A stretch of 49,650 nt of DNA from Candidatus Hydrogenedentota bacterium (lineage in GTDB: Bacteria > Hydrogenedentota > Hydrogenedentia > Hydrogenedentales > JAEUWI01), in contig JAXMOL010000054.1 in assembly GCA_034669905.1 (NCBI GenBank), positions 1 through 49,650 on the forward strand, read 5' to 3'. Position 1 is the first letter of the stretch; each line of letters starts with the position of its first letter. The notes beneath the pieces were generated by a model. That model was not told the origin of the DNA. It saw nothing but the letters and a program-made list of their open reading frames with translations, and did no database searches. Made by a program: the position numbers and the translations under genes. Positions 37,892-47,376 of the stretch are shown piece after piece.

Positions 37892-39193
37892 CTACCCCAC
37901 GGGCCGCCAGGCGCGTAACGTTTTCAAGACCGCCCGCTGACCATCGAGATCGTCGCGCAATGGGGGCCCCATTCGCGCCGGGAGCTCCAGGCCATGGTGG
38001 CCCGCAATCGCGCCGAGGGCCTCAAAAAGATCCTGTCGCGGATAGCCGTTGTCCCGGAGATGGTGGGTCAACTTCAGGGTGCGGAAAGCATCAAACCACT
38101 CGTGAAAGTTCCGCTGTCGCCGCGCCGCCGTTGTGGACTGCTGCTGAATACGGTCCCAGGCCGTAGCGAAATCCTGGTCTTCCAGAAAAACGCCGAGCTC
38201 CCCGTCGATTTCTGTGGCACCTTTTAGGAGGGTGGCCCCGTCTTCATCCAGGTGTTCCTGTGCCATGGCGAGCCAGTTGCGGATCACGTCATAGGTCGCA
38301 GGATGGTAAATCAGAAAGGCGTCGTCGGGGGCGTGCTCATAGGCACCCACCTTGCGCCCGGTGCCGAACGGGACCCGGTGGGAGGGACGGGAGGCGGGGT
38401 AGACGGTCGTATCCCAGATACGGTCCACGTGGCCCGTCTTGGCCAATTGCTGGAGGAAGTAGAAGTCTTCCCCTGCCTGACGCCGGTTCATGCCTCCTGC
38501 GGCCGCGTAGGCCGCTCCGGTGCACATCATGGTGGAGCCAATGGCCGGGTAGTGGTAGGGCGAGCCCGCGTAGTGAAGGGCCAGCTCCTGGTAGCGGAGG
38601 AAAAACTCATAGGCGAGGATGGCCCGCGTCTCGTCGTCGTCGCCCGCTACGGGGTGGGCATAGTCCACCACCGCCGCCCAGCGCGGCCCTTCTGCGAAGA
38701 AGTCATGGATGTTTTCCAGATAGTCGGGGGTCACCCGAGTGTCGGCATCGAGGCAGACGAGGGGGGCCTGGTCCCGTCCCTGCTCGTGGAGCAACTGGAG
38801 GCCCGTATCGAGGCCAATCTTACGGGCAAGTCCCACGCCCTCTTTCGGTCCCAGGGTATGACCCGGCGACGCGGCATCAATCCAGGCGAGGTGCATCTGG
38901 GGGTGGTCCGCGGCGAATTCAGGTAGTTGGGCCAGGGTGCGCTGGTTGTCGTCGCAATCCCCTTTGGCCGCCATCTCGGGGGCCCGGTTGTTCACCACAC
39001 AGAGGATAAGGGATTGGGCCAGGGCAACGGGATGGTTGGCCGCCAGGTCGCCCAGGGTGTCAAAGAGCCGAGCAGACTCGGCCAACACGGGGATGACCAC
39101 CACGCTGCGCAGGTGGGCCGCTGTGGGGGCCTGGAGGGGCCAGGCATGATGGACGGCCCGCTTCTTCAAATAGGGGGCAATGGCCTTGCTCAT
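37892..39193 (-). CDS. Glycosyltransferase family 2-like (GT-A fold) protein
   Basis: VVIPVLAE, GVGLARKIGLD, CLDADT (DxD), GGMNRRQAGEDFYFL, SHRVPFGTG. ATGA overlap with miaA. Confidence 0.8.
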   Translation of the reverse strand: MSKAIAPYLKKRAVHHAWPLQAPTAAHLRSVVVIPVLAESARLFDTLGDLAANHPVALAQSLILCVVNNRAPEMAAKGDCDDNQRTLAQLPEFAADHPQMHLAWIDAASPGHTLGPKEGVGLARKIGLDTGLQLLHEQGRDQAPLVCLDADTRVTPDYLENIHDFFAEGPRWAAVVDYAHPVAGDDDETRAILAYEFFLRYQELALHYAGSPYHYPAIGSTMMCTGAAYAAAGGMNRRQAGEDFYFLQQLAKTGHVDRIWDTTVYPASRPSHRVPFGTGRKVGAYEHAPDDAFLIYHPATYDVIRNWLAMAQEHLDEDGATLLKGATEIDGELGVFLEDQDFATAWDRIQQQSTTAARRQRNFHEWFDAFRTLKLTHHLRDNGYPRQDLFEALGAIAGHHGLELPARMGPPLRDDLDGQRAVLKTLRAWRPVG

Positions 39194-40098
39194 TCGGCTT
39201 CCCGGATGATGGTCATGGCGGCATCGAGGCGGCCTTCGGGTACCCAATGGATGACCGTCCCGTTCCGCTCCATGCGGCGGAACCAGGTGTCTTGCTTCTT
39301 GGCGAATCGGCAGATTTCCCCGCTCAGTTTCTGGGTGAGATCGTTCTGGTTCTTGATTTTGCCCCGGAGATACCGGGCCACGAAACGGTATTCCAGGCCC
39401 AGTTGCTCAAGCCGGGGCCAGGGACAGCCCTGGGAGAGGAGGTCTTCCACTTCTTCGACGAGGCCAGCTTCCATGCGGCTGACGAGGCGGTGTGCGATAC
39501 GCTGGCGCAGGGTCTTCCTATTCCATTCCACGCCCAGAACGAGGGGGCGAATAGGGGGCGCGGGTTCGGGGGTGGCCGTCTCGCTGAATATCGCTATTTC
39601 GATGGCCCGCTCCAGGCGATCGCGCTCCAGGAGGTCGGTCGTGTTGTGGGTGTTCGGATTGAGCTGCAGTAGTTTCTCGGCGAGTTGGTCGGTGGAGAGG
39701 GCCGCCATCTCTTCGCGCAACGGGGGGTTCTCCGGCACGGGGATCATGAGGTTTTTCGAAAGGGCCGCCTCGAGGTAGAGGCCCGTGCCCCCCACCACGA
39801 TGGGTAGGACATTCCGCTCGGCAACGGCCTGAAAGGTGGCGTGGAAGTCCCGCTGATATTGGAAGACGTTGTATTCGGTCTTCAGATCGACGTGGTCAAT
39901 GAGGTGGTAGGCCACGGGTGGCCCGCCGATTTCGTAGTCCTGCAGGTCCTTTCCCGAGCCAATGTCGAGGCCCCGGTATATCTGCCGGGAGTCGGCGGAA
40001 ATGATTTCGCCCCCGAGCAGGCGTGCCAGGGCAATGCCGAGACCGGTTTTTCCCGATGCGGTAGGGCCGAGGATAACAAGGGAATCAAAGGAGGGCAT
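39190..40098 (-). CDS. miaA: tRNA dimethylallyltransferase (MiaA family, GKDL/GLEY variant)
   Basis: GPTASGKT, EIISADSRQIYRGLDIG, VGGTGLY, FAKKQDTWFR. Confidence 0.93.
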   Translation of the reverse strand: MPSFDSLVILGPTASGKTGLGIALARLLGGEIISADSRQIYRGLDIGSGKDLQDYEIGGPPVAYHLIDHVDLKTEYNVFQYQRDFHATFQAVAERNVLPIVVGGTGLYLEAALSKNLMIPVPENPPLREEMAALSTDQLAEKLLQLNPNTHNTTDLLERDRLERAIEIAIFSETATPEPAPPIRPLVLGVEWNRKTLRQRIAHRLVSRMEAGLVEEVEDLLSQGCPWPRLEQLGLEYRFVARYLRGKIKNQNDLTQKLSGEICRFAKKQDTWFRRMERNGTVIHWVPEGRLDAAMTIIREAE

Positions 40099-40257
40099 GA
40101 CGTAGTGATACTTTCCAACGAAATCGGGCGTCAGATGGAATCTGGACCTGTGACCCGTAAAATTGCGACAATGATTTTCCGAATTATACGCCACCGGGTG
40201 CTCCGTTCCGAAGTATTCCGCCGAAACCAGAGAGGGGTGGGAGTTATGCGGGGAACC

Positions 40258-42273
40258 ATGAAAAATATTCACCAGATTCGCGAGATATCGACCATCTCCT
40301 TCAATGAGCGGGTGTTGCAGGAGGCGGAGGACGAACGGAATCCCCTCCTGGAACGGCTTCGCTTTTTGGGGATTTTCTCCTCCAATATGGACGAGCTTTT
40401 TAAGGTGCGGGTGGCCAGTATCCACCGCCGTATCGAGATGGGGAAGAAGGGCTTTCAGGATATTCTGGAGGTGGTGAACGAGCGGGCGCGGCTCCTGGAT
40501 GAGCGTTTTCAGGCGGCCTACAAAGCCATCACCCTGGGCCTCGCTGAAAAGGGCATCCACATTATCACGGAAAAAGACGTGGCCGATGACCGCTATGGCC
40601 TGGAGGGGTGGCTCCGGTCCTTCTTTCGCACCCAGATTTTGCCCAGCCTCGTGCCCCTGATCTGTCATAAGTCCCAGCCTTTTCCACAACTTACGGATGG
40701 GGCCCTCTATCTGGCGGTGGTGATGCGGGGGAAGAAAAAGCGCTATGCCATCCTGGAGATCCCGCCGGGTCTCTCTCGTTTTGTCGAGCTGCCCAACGGC
40801 AATATCATGTATGTGGACGACGTCATCCGCCACAACCTCAACGAGATTTTCTACATCTTTGAATATGAGCATATCGATGCCTATGCCTTTAAGGTATCCC
40901 GCGATGCCCAGCTCGATATGGACAACGACTTTACCGATGGCTATGTGCGGAAGATGGAGCGGGTGCTGAAACAACGCAAGGGCGGACGGCCCACCCGTCT
41001 GGTCTATGATCGGGAAATGCCTTCGGGCTTCCTCAAGATGCTGATGAAGGAGATGGACATCGAGGAAGACGATACCCTCGTGCCCGGGGGCCGTTATCAC
41101 AACATGAAGGACCTCTTTTCCTTCCCGCCGAATCGCGAGGACCTGCTTTTTCCCAAGCTCGACGTGTTGCCCCATCCCGTGTTGGAGCAGGATAAACGAC
41201 CCATGATGGAGACCATCAAGGATCAGGACCTGCTCATCACCTATCCCTATCAGTCCTTTGGCCACGTGATCCGGCTCCTGCGGGAAGCCGCCATCGACCC
41301 CCATGTGAAGTCCATCAAGATGACCATGTACCGGTCGGCCAAGAACTCCCAGGTCGTCAACGCCCTCTACAACGCGGCGCAGAATGGCAAGAAAATCTTT
41401 GTGTCCATCGAACTGCAGGCCCGCTTCGACGAGGAAAACAACATCCACATCGCCGAGACCCTGTCGGAGGTGGGGGCCCAGGTGGTCTACGGCGTGCCGC
41501 CCCTCAAGGTCCACTCCAAGCTCTTGCTCATTGAGCGGAAGAACAGCCTCTTTGCCGGACTCTCCACGGGGAACTTTAACGAGACCACGGGGCGACTCTA
41601 TGTGGACAGCATCCTGCTCACCAACGACCGCCGGGTGACCAACGAGGTGAAGGAAATCTTCACCTACCTCGACCGGGCCAACACGGTACGGACGGTGAAA
41701 GAACCTTCCTTTAAGCACCTGCTCGTATCGCCCTTTAACTCCCGTACAGCGCTCATGGAATTGCTGGACCGGGAGGAGAAAAAGGGGCCGGATGGCTATG
41801 TGTTGTTGAAGACCAATCACCTCACGGACCCCGGTATCATCAAGAAGCTCTACGCCCTGGCGGATGCCGGGGTGGGCATGGACTTTATCGTGCGGACGAC
41901 CTACGCCATGAAACCCCACGACAACATCCGCGCCATTTCGATACTGGACCGCTACCTGGAGCACCAGCGCGCCTATGTCTTTGGTACGGGCGAGGACCAG
42001 AAGGTCTATCTGAGCAGTGCAGATCTCATGGAGCGTAACCTCGACTGGCGGGTGGAAGTGGCCTTCCCGATTCTCGATGAAGAGCTTCGGAAGCAGGTGG
42101 CCGAGATGATGCAGCTCCAGGTGGAGGACACGTCGAAGGCGCGTTTCCTCGATGAGACCCAGAGCAATCCCTACGTAGGCCGGGGCAGCTACGGCTGCCG
42201 CGCCCAGGCCGCCACCCGGGACTATCTCCAGAAGCTGCTGGATGACGTGGAAGGCGATGGGGAGTCTTCGTGA
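40258..42273 (+). CDS. ppk1: Polyphosphate kinase 1
   Basis: FNERVLQEA, SSNMDELFKVRVA, AAIDP.V..IKMTMYR, ELQARFDEENN, KVHSK (phospho-His), TGNFN, RYLEH, SADLMERNL. Alternative start at 40246. Confidence 0.96.
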   Translation: MKNIHQIREISTISFNERVLQEAEDERNPLLERLRFLGIFSSNMDELFKVRVASIHRRIEMGKKGFQDILEVVNERARLLDERFQAAYKAITLGLAEKGIHIITEKDVADDRYGLEGWLRSFFRTQILPSLVPLICHKSQPFPQLTDGALYLAVVMRGKKKRYAILEIPPGLSRFVELPNGNIMYVDDVIRHNLNEIFYIFEYEHIDAYAFKVSRDAQLDMDNDFTDGYVRKMERVLKQRKGGRPTRLVYDREMPSGFLKMLMKEMDIEEDDTLVPGGRYHNMKDLFSFPPNREDLLFPKLDVLPHPVLEQDKRPMMETIKDQDLLITYPYQSFGHVIRLLREAAIDPHVKSIKMTMYRSAKNSQVVNALYNAAQNGKKIFVSIELQARFDEENNIHIAETLSEVGAQVVYGVPPLKVHSKLLLIERKNSLFAGLSTGNFNETTGRLYVDSILLTNDRRVTNEVKEIFTYLDRANTVRTVKEPSFKHLLVSPFNSRTALMELLDREEKKGPDGYVLLKTNHLTDPGIIKKLYALADAGVGMDFIVRTTYAMKPHDNIRAISILDRYLEHQRAYVFGTGEDQKVYLSSADLMERNLDWRVEVAFPILDEELRKQVAEMMQLQVEDTSKARFLDETQSNPYVGRGSYGCRAQAATRDYLQKLLDDVEGDGESS

Positions 42274-42309
42274 GTTGGGTTGGGGGGGCACCAAGGGGCA
42301 CACGAAGAT

Positions 42310-42726
42310 GAGGTAGATCGTCATTCCCGCGAAGGCGGGAATCCAGCGTGCAGGCACGGTTGCTTTGCCGCGTATCTGGATCCCCGCCTTCGCGGGGATG
42401 ACGGCGCTCGGGATGAATGGACGGGCTCGTTGCTACGGTCCCCCGTAGCAATGCATAGCATTCCGCTCCTGCGGAATCGGGGCGGAGTCCGGGTGCCTTC
42501 TTTGCGCCCGCCCAATGACCTGCCTTCGACCATCCTGGAAAGATATTTATTGCGTGACTTGAGTCTCTTCACCCACAAACTTCCCCCGCTTCGCTGACCG
42601 GATTCAAGTCGAGGTAGATCGTCATTCCCGCGAAGGCGGGAATCCAGCGTGCAGGCACGGTTACTTTGCCGCGTATCGGGATCCCCGCCTTCGCGGGGAT
42701 GACGGCGCTCGGGCTGAATGGACGGC
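42310..42726. repeat. REP family E (GTCATTCCCGCGAAGGCGGGAATCC hairpins), two copies
   Basis: CGTCATTCCCGCGAAGGCGGGAATCCAG ... GATCCCCGCCTTCGCGGGGATGACG at ~42319-42403 and ~42620-42704. 42310-42565 is repeated at ~43925-44180. Confidence 0.92.
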
Positions 42727-42942
42727 CGTGTCGTTGCGCCCGCGGTGTTACCCCACTTTCTTTGTGTTCTCTGCGTTCTTTGTGGTTCCCCCCCCCTAAA
42801 AAAATCCCCCCGCGACTACCCCTTCATCGTTCCGACCGTGAAAAAAGTACTGGCATATTTATGGGGAATTGCCCATTATAGGGAGCATGGCAGTTTACTC
42901 CGGGAACAGCGGCCGGGAGCAGGTCGGAAAAAGGGGCATGGT

Positions 42943-43833
42943 ATGAGAGTACTTTTCTGCGTTTCACTTCTTGTTGCGAATACCGTTGCAGCCTGCATTC
43001 AGGGCGGGGGCAACGGCTATTTCGAGATGCGCCGTTCGACGGGGCCCGAGCCCGTGGACTATGTCCTGCTACGTGATACGTGGCACACCAATCCGGAAAA
43101 TCGATTGGAGGAGTTTGCGGATTGGTACATCGCTACGATGGCATCGGCCAGCGACAGCGAGCGCCAATGGTTGGAGCGTGAGCACGCCGCCATTCGCCAT
43201 ATCCTCACCGGGCATTACGATGAGGCTATCGCGATGCTCCTTGCCATGGAGACCGACTACCCGGGCCAATACGCCGTCGCGAGTACGCTGGGTACGGCCT
43301 ATGAACTCGCAGGCGACAATCGCCGGGCCCTTCAATGGATCACGGAAGGTATGAGCCGGGACCCGGAATCGCATGGAGGCACCGAATGGCTCCACGTGAA
43401 AATACTGGAAGCGAAGATTGCCATGGCGTCGGATCCGACCTACCTGGCTACCCATCCCATCGTGCCTTACCCGCCGGAGTCGGAACCTGGACTGTTATTG
43501 GTCGACGGTATTCAAGACGACACGCCCGATGCCGAGGTGATGGATGCCCTGTTCTATCAGCTCAAGGAGCGCATGCTCTTTGTGAAACCGGAAGACCCAG
43601 TCGTGGGCGATTTGCTTTACAGCTTTTCGCGGTTGGAACAAGACCGGGGTTCTGAGGAGGGCCAGGCCGGGCTGTTGAAACTGGCCCGGGCCTATGGGCA
43701 CGAAAGAGCCCGCGCCGAAATGCCCACCCTCGCCACGCGCTCCGTGGGCTTCGCCCAATCGCCCCAGTTTTTGGCGGGCCTTGTTTTCGTGGGGTTGGGA
43801 ATGGTGCTTCTCCGTAAACTTCGGTCGTGGTAG
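42943..43833 (+). CDS. Secreted TPR-containing protein with C-terminal membrane anchor
   Basis: Signal peptide. TPR-like GHYDEAIAMLL..YPGQY..ASTLGTAYELAG...AL. SHGGTEWLHVKILEAKI. Tail FLAGLVFVGLGMVLL-RKLR. Confidence 0.75.
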   Translation: MRVLFCVSLLVANTVAACIQGGGNGYFEMRRSTGPEPVDYVLLRDTWHTNPENRLEEFADWYIATMASASDSERQWLEREHAAIRHILTGHYDEAIAMLLAMETDYPGQYAVASTLGTAYELAGDNRRALQWITEGMSRDPESHGGTEWLHVKILEAKIAMASDPTYLATHPIVPYPPESEPGLLLVDGIQDDTPDAEVMDALFYQLKERMLFVKPEDPVVGDLLYSFSRLEQDRGSEEGQAGLLKLARAYGHERARAEMPTLATRSVGFAQSPQFLAGLVFVGLGMVLLRKLRSW

Positions 43834-43909
43834 GGGCAGGTTTCCACGGACGGCAGGAGTTCGGCCGTAACCCCAAGAGCTGAACCACGAATGGACACGG
43901 TGAGCTCCG

Positions 43910-44297
43910 ACGGGATTCAAGTCGAGGTAGATCGTCATTCCCGCGAAGGCGGGAATCCAGCGTGCAGGCACGGTTACTTTGCCGCGTATCGGGATCCCCG
44001 CCTTCGCGGGGATGACGGCGCTCGGGATGAATGGACGGGCTCGTTGCTACGGTCCCCCGTAGCAATGCATAGCATTCCGCTCCTGCGGAATCGGGGCGGA
44101 GTCCGGGTGCCTTCTTTGCGTCCGCCCAATGACCTGCCTTCAGCCATCCTGGAAAGACAATTATTGCGTGACTTGAGTCGCTTCGCTCCTCCGTTTGAGG
44201 GGGGCACCCGCCCGTTTGTTTTTCGTAAATGCTTGTCCCATGCCTGCAGTGTTATGCCATTTCCTTTGTGTTCTCTGCGTTCTTGGTGGTTCCCCCC
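43910..44297. repeat. REP family E long copy followed by a family B half-site
   Basis: Direct repeat of 42598-42726 and 42310-42565. TTTGTGTTCTCTGCGTTCTT.GTGGTTCCCCCC also occurs at ~42761-42795 and, diverged, at ~47123-47152. Confidence 0.9.
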
Positions 44298-44311
44298 TGC
44301 GCAAAGGTTCT

Positions 44312-46603
44312 CTACGGCGCGCGACGTAATGTGCCCAGTTCGTACGCAGGCGGTGCATCCATCTCCAGCGCGGCGTGTCGGTACCAGGGATAGACGCTCC
44401 ACTCGACGCACGCCACCAAATCGGGGAAGCCGTCGCCATCCACGTCGCCCGCCCAGGGGTGGGGACCATGGGCGGTTACTCTGATGGGTTCACCGAAAAA
44501 CTTCATCGTCCGGGGTGCCGCGAAGATCGCTTCCGATGCCGTGCCCACGTTGCGGAGCAGATAGATGCTGCCGTCTGCAGGGCGTGTGCCCGAGCAGGCG
44601 TACATGAGATCCATGAGGCCATCCCGATCCCAATCCACGGGCGTGAAGGACTCGGTCCAATGGGCGCTGCGGTTCACAATCTGGTCGTCGATGGGGCGGC
44701 CGTCCTCCAGCAGGAGCTTCCGGTCTTTCTTGAGGCGGAGGGTTCCGTCTGCGCTTCGATGCTGGGAAAAGAGGGTGAGCTTCCGTTCGGCGCCGTCGTG
44801 GGTGGCGATGTCCATGAGGCCATCGTTATTCCAGTCATAGACCGCCGCGCCGGTTCGCCAATAGAAGGGCTGTTCTTCCTCTTGGGGGTAGGTGGTTTTG
44901 AGGGCGCGCTCGGCCGAACGACGGCGGGCCGCGTCCGACTCTTCAAAGCCGTCGACGGCGAGGAGCTGTTGGGGACCGAAGGCAGGGGCGGTCTTCGTGC
45001 CCACGTTCTTCCACCAGAGAATCCGGTTGGTCTCGTTGGGGATGATGAGATCGCGCAGGCCGTCGCCGTCCCAGTCTTCGAAGACGGGATAGGAGTAGCC
45101 CAGGTTGTGGCTGTGAAAAGGCTCGCCCAGAATCTCGTTGCGTAGCATACGGATGGGCTTTCCGTCGGCCTCAATCCGCTGTGCCTCTTCATAGGCGGGG
45201 TTCTCCGTCGTGCCGCTATTGATGACGATGCGGGGCCAGCCGTAGCCGCCACCCACGAGGATGTCGAGGTCGCCATCATCGTCCCAGTCGCAGAAGGTGG
45301 GCCAGGCCTGGTCACTCAGGGACATAACCGCGTTGCTGGATTGGATGGTCTTCGCCGCGCCGAAGCCCTGCTCAATCTGGGGAAAGAGGGACACCTTCTG
45401 GTACACGTCATGGACCACGAGAAGGCCCTTTTCGGGACCGTCATTGACGCTGGCGAGATGGGTGGGAAATTGGGGAGCCACCTGCGAAAGCACCGTTGTC
45501 TCGCCAAAGGCGGGCACGTCGCCTGGCTCCCGGGGCTGCCAGACGATTTCGTATTCATGGACTCCCTTGGAGGCCGCAGGGCGCAGTCCAACGGCATCCA
45601 GACGGTTGTCTCCATCCACATCAAAGAAGCAGACCCCTTCGCCCACGTCCAGACGAACAGGCTCGGCGAGGGTCATGGGCCAGCCTTTCGCTTGGGTGTT
45701 GCGCAGCCAGTAGGTTGCGTGCGGTTTGCCCGGTGCGCCGATGACAATATCCAAGGCACCATCTTCGTCCAAATCGACGACCCGGCAGGGGTTCCACGTA
45801 CCCTTTGGACGGGGCAGGGTGACGCCGTGCTGGTAGACGGGCCACGTACCGGCTTCCTGGGTGCCGGGGTGGAGGTAGACCTGGAGGCTGTCTCCCTGTT
45901 TGGGCGAATAAACCACATCGAGGAAGCCGTCGCCGTTGAGGTCCGCCATGGCGGCGTGCATATAGACGCTGCTGAAGAAGGCCGGTCCCTTGTCGGATTT
46001 GTACCGCAGATGGGTCAGTTCACCCACGTCGAAGACGTCCCCACGACTGGGGTAAACGATGACGCCGTCCCACGGGGTGCCGGGACGATAGGCGTAGTTC
46101 CAACAAGCGACCAGGTCACGGTGACCATCTTGATTGATGTCGTAGAGCCCCGCGAGGTAGGAGGCCACCACGGGACGGGGGGCCTTGGTGTTGTAGCGCA
46201 ACAAGTCGCCTGTTCCGATTCGAGGGGTGTGGTCTTGTCCGAGAAAGGGCCGGCGCGCTTCGGTGGTGGTGAAGCGTATCTCGAAGGTGTTGGTCGTATC
46301 GGGCGGGACGGCCCAGGAAATTTCGCCTGAGGTGTCCCATTGAAAGGATTCGGAGAGGGCGTGGGGAATGGTCACACCGTTGGCGTCGACAACCGTGATA
46401 CTCGCTACATCGACCACACCCGGCAGGGTTTGCGCGGCGATGATTTCGTCCAGGGAAAGGGTTACCGGCAGTGTTCCGAGATCGGTGGGCACGTCTACCA
46501 CCACGGGCACGGCATAGTGGGCCTCCGAAAATACGGGGGCGGACACGGCCAGACCGAGCAGCAGCGCAAGGACGGTGGAACGGGGGAGATAGTTGAGAAT
46601 CAT
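44312..46603 (-). CDS. Secreted FG-GAP/VCBS-repeat beta-propeller protein
   Basis: Signal peptide. Many D.N/D.DG..D motifs (DINQDGHRDL, DLNGDGFLDV, DWDDDGDLDI, DWDGDGLRDL, DWNNDGLMDI). Confidence 0.9.
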   Translation of the reverse strand: MILNYLPRSTVLALLLGLAVSAPVFSEAHYAVPVVVDVPTDLGTLPVTLSLDEIIAAQTLPGVVDVASITVVDANGVTIPHALSESFQWDTSGEISWAVPPDTTNTFEIRFTTTEARRPFLGQDHTPRIGTGDLLRYNTKAPRPVVASYLAGLYDINQDGHRDLVACWNYAYRPGTPWDGVIVYPSRGDVFDVGELTHLRYKSDKGPAFFSSVYMHAAMADLNGDGFLDVVYSPKQGDSLQVYLHPGTQEAGTWPVYQHGVTLPRPKGTWNPCRVVDLDEDGALDIVIGAPGKPHATYWLRNTQAKGWPMTLAEPVRLDVGEGVCFFDVDGDNRLDAVGLRPAASKGVHEYEIVWQPREPGDVPAFGETTVLSQVAPQFPTHLASVNDGPEKGLLVVHDVYQKVSLFPQIEQGFGAAKTIQSSNAVMSLSDQAWPTFCDWDDDGDLDILVGGGYGWPRIVINSGTTENPAYEEAQRIEADGKPIRMLRNEILGEPFHSHNLGYSYPVFEDWDGDGLRDLIIPNETNRILWWKNVGTKTAPAFGPQQLLAVDGFEESDAARRRSAERALKTTYPQEEEQPFYWRTGAAVYDWNNDGLMDIATHDGAERKLTLFSQHRSADGTLRLKKDRKLLLEDGRPIDDQIVNRSAHWTESFTPVDWDRDGLMDLMYACSGTRPADGSIYLLRNVGTASEAIFAAPRTMKFFGEPIRVTAHGPHPWAGDVDGDGFPDLVACVEWSVYPWYRHAALEMDAPPAYELGTLRRAP

Positions 46604-46850
46604 GGTGGACTTTCAGCGGGTTGGGGATGCGTTGAGCATAGAGTATACGGTGCACGAATTCTGGAGTAAAAGAGGCCCTACAGGAATGCCTATCCCCCGG
46701 TTGGTTTTGTGCTCCGACTGGAGGGCCTCGTGCTTGAGGAGTGTGAGCTTGGTGCCAGGTCTTCGACGCGCTGGCGGCGGGTAGTAATGCCTGTCTTTCT
46801 GATGGTATCCGTTGCGGCCTCCGAAAGCGTTGTCGAAAATTATGGGGCGG

Positions 46851-47052
46851 ACTTTCAGCCCTTAGCAACGTTATATATTGCATTTCCCAGGCCGTTGGCC
46901 TGGGCTGGTATGTGCTCGGGCCTTTGGCCCTGAATTGAGATCAATAATACCGCTATGTGGGTTATATGAGCGCCAACGGCGCGTTCCATATCAGCCTGGG
47001 GCGAAGCCCCAGGAACAGGGTTGGCAACACACCCTCAGGGCTGAAAGCCCAA
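46851..47052. repeat. REP cluster family J
   Basis: Hairpins CCCAGGCCGTTGGCCTGGG, GGGCCTTTGGCCC, CCTGGGGCGAAGCCCCAGG, GGGCTGAAAGCCC. Confidence 0.75.
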
Positions 47053-47181
47053 ACCACCCTACCGTGAATTGGCTGCCATGTGGTCGGTCGTGGTGTTTCC
47101 TGCGCCGCTAGACGCTATTCCCTTTGTGCTCTCTGCGTTCTTTGAGGTTCCCGGAAAAGACTTCAGCAAACTCCGATAGTG

Positions 47182-47262
47182 CTCCCCTCCTCGGAGGGGC
47201 TGGGGGTGGGTTAACTCGCGATAAACGTCGCAAACCCACCCCTGACCCCTCCCAGGAGGGGA
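47182..47262. repeat. REP doublet family K (related arm at ~31400-31430)
   Basis: CTCCCCTCCTCGGAGGGGCTGGGGGTGGGTT ... AACCCACCCCTGACCCCTCCCAGGAGGGGAA inverted pair. Confidence 0.78.
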
Positions 47263-47320
47263 ATGGACGGGCGATAAAAGTTCCCTTAAATTTGAGTCAG
47301 CTCATACGGGTTGCCCGTAC

Positions 47321-47349
47321 AAAAAAAGGACGCCCCGAAGGGCGTCCTT
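47321..47349 (-). terminator. Rho-independent terminator of gpmI
   Basis: Minus strand AAGGACGCCC-TTCG-GGGCGTCCTT followed by a T run. Confidence 0.9.
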
Positions 47350-47376
47350 GCGATGCAGTCGTGTGGTGAACCCCTA

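Noticed and set aside
41550..41590. Ppk1 lacks the second His (FAGLSTGNFN vs YAHIGTGNFN)
   Set aside because: The phospho-acceptor His (KVHSK) is intact and I recall this position varying among Ppk1 homologs, so it is not evidence of inactivity.
40099..42357. 1055-aa minus-strand ORF as a giant MiaA fusion
   Set aside because: The first ~750 codons are the antisense shadow of ppk1. MiaA similarity begins at Met 40098.
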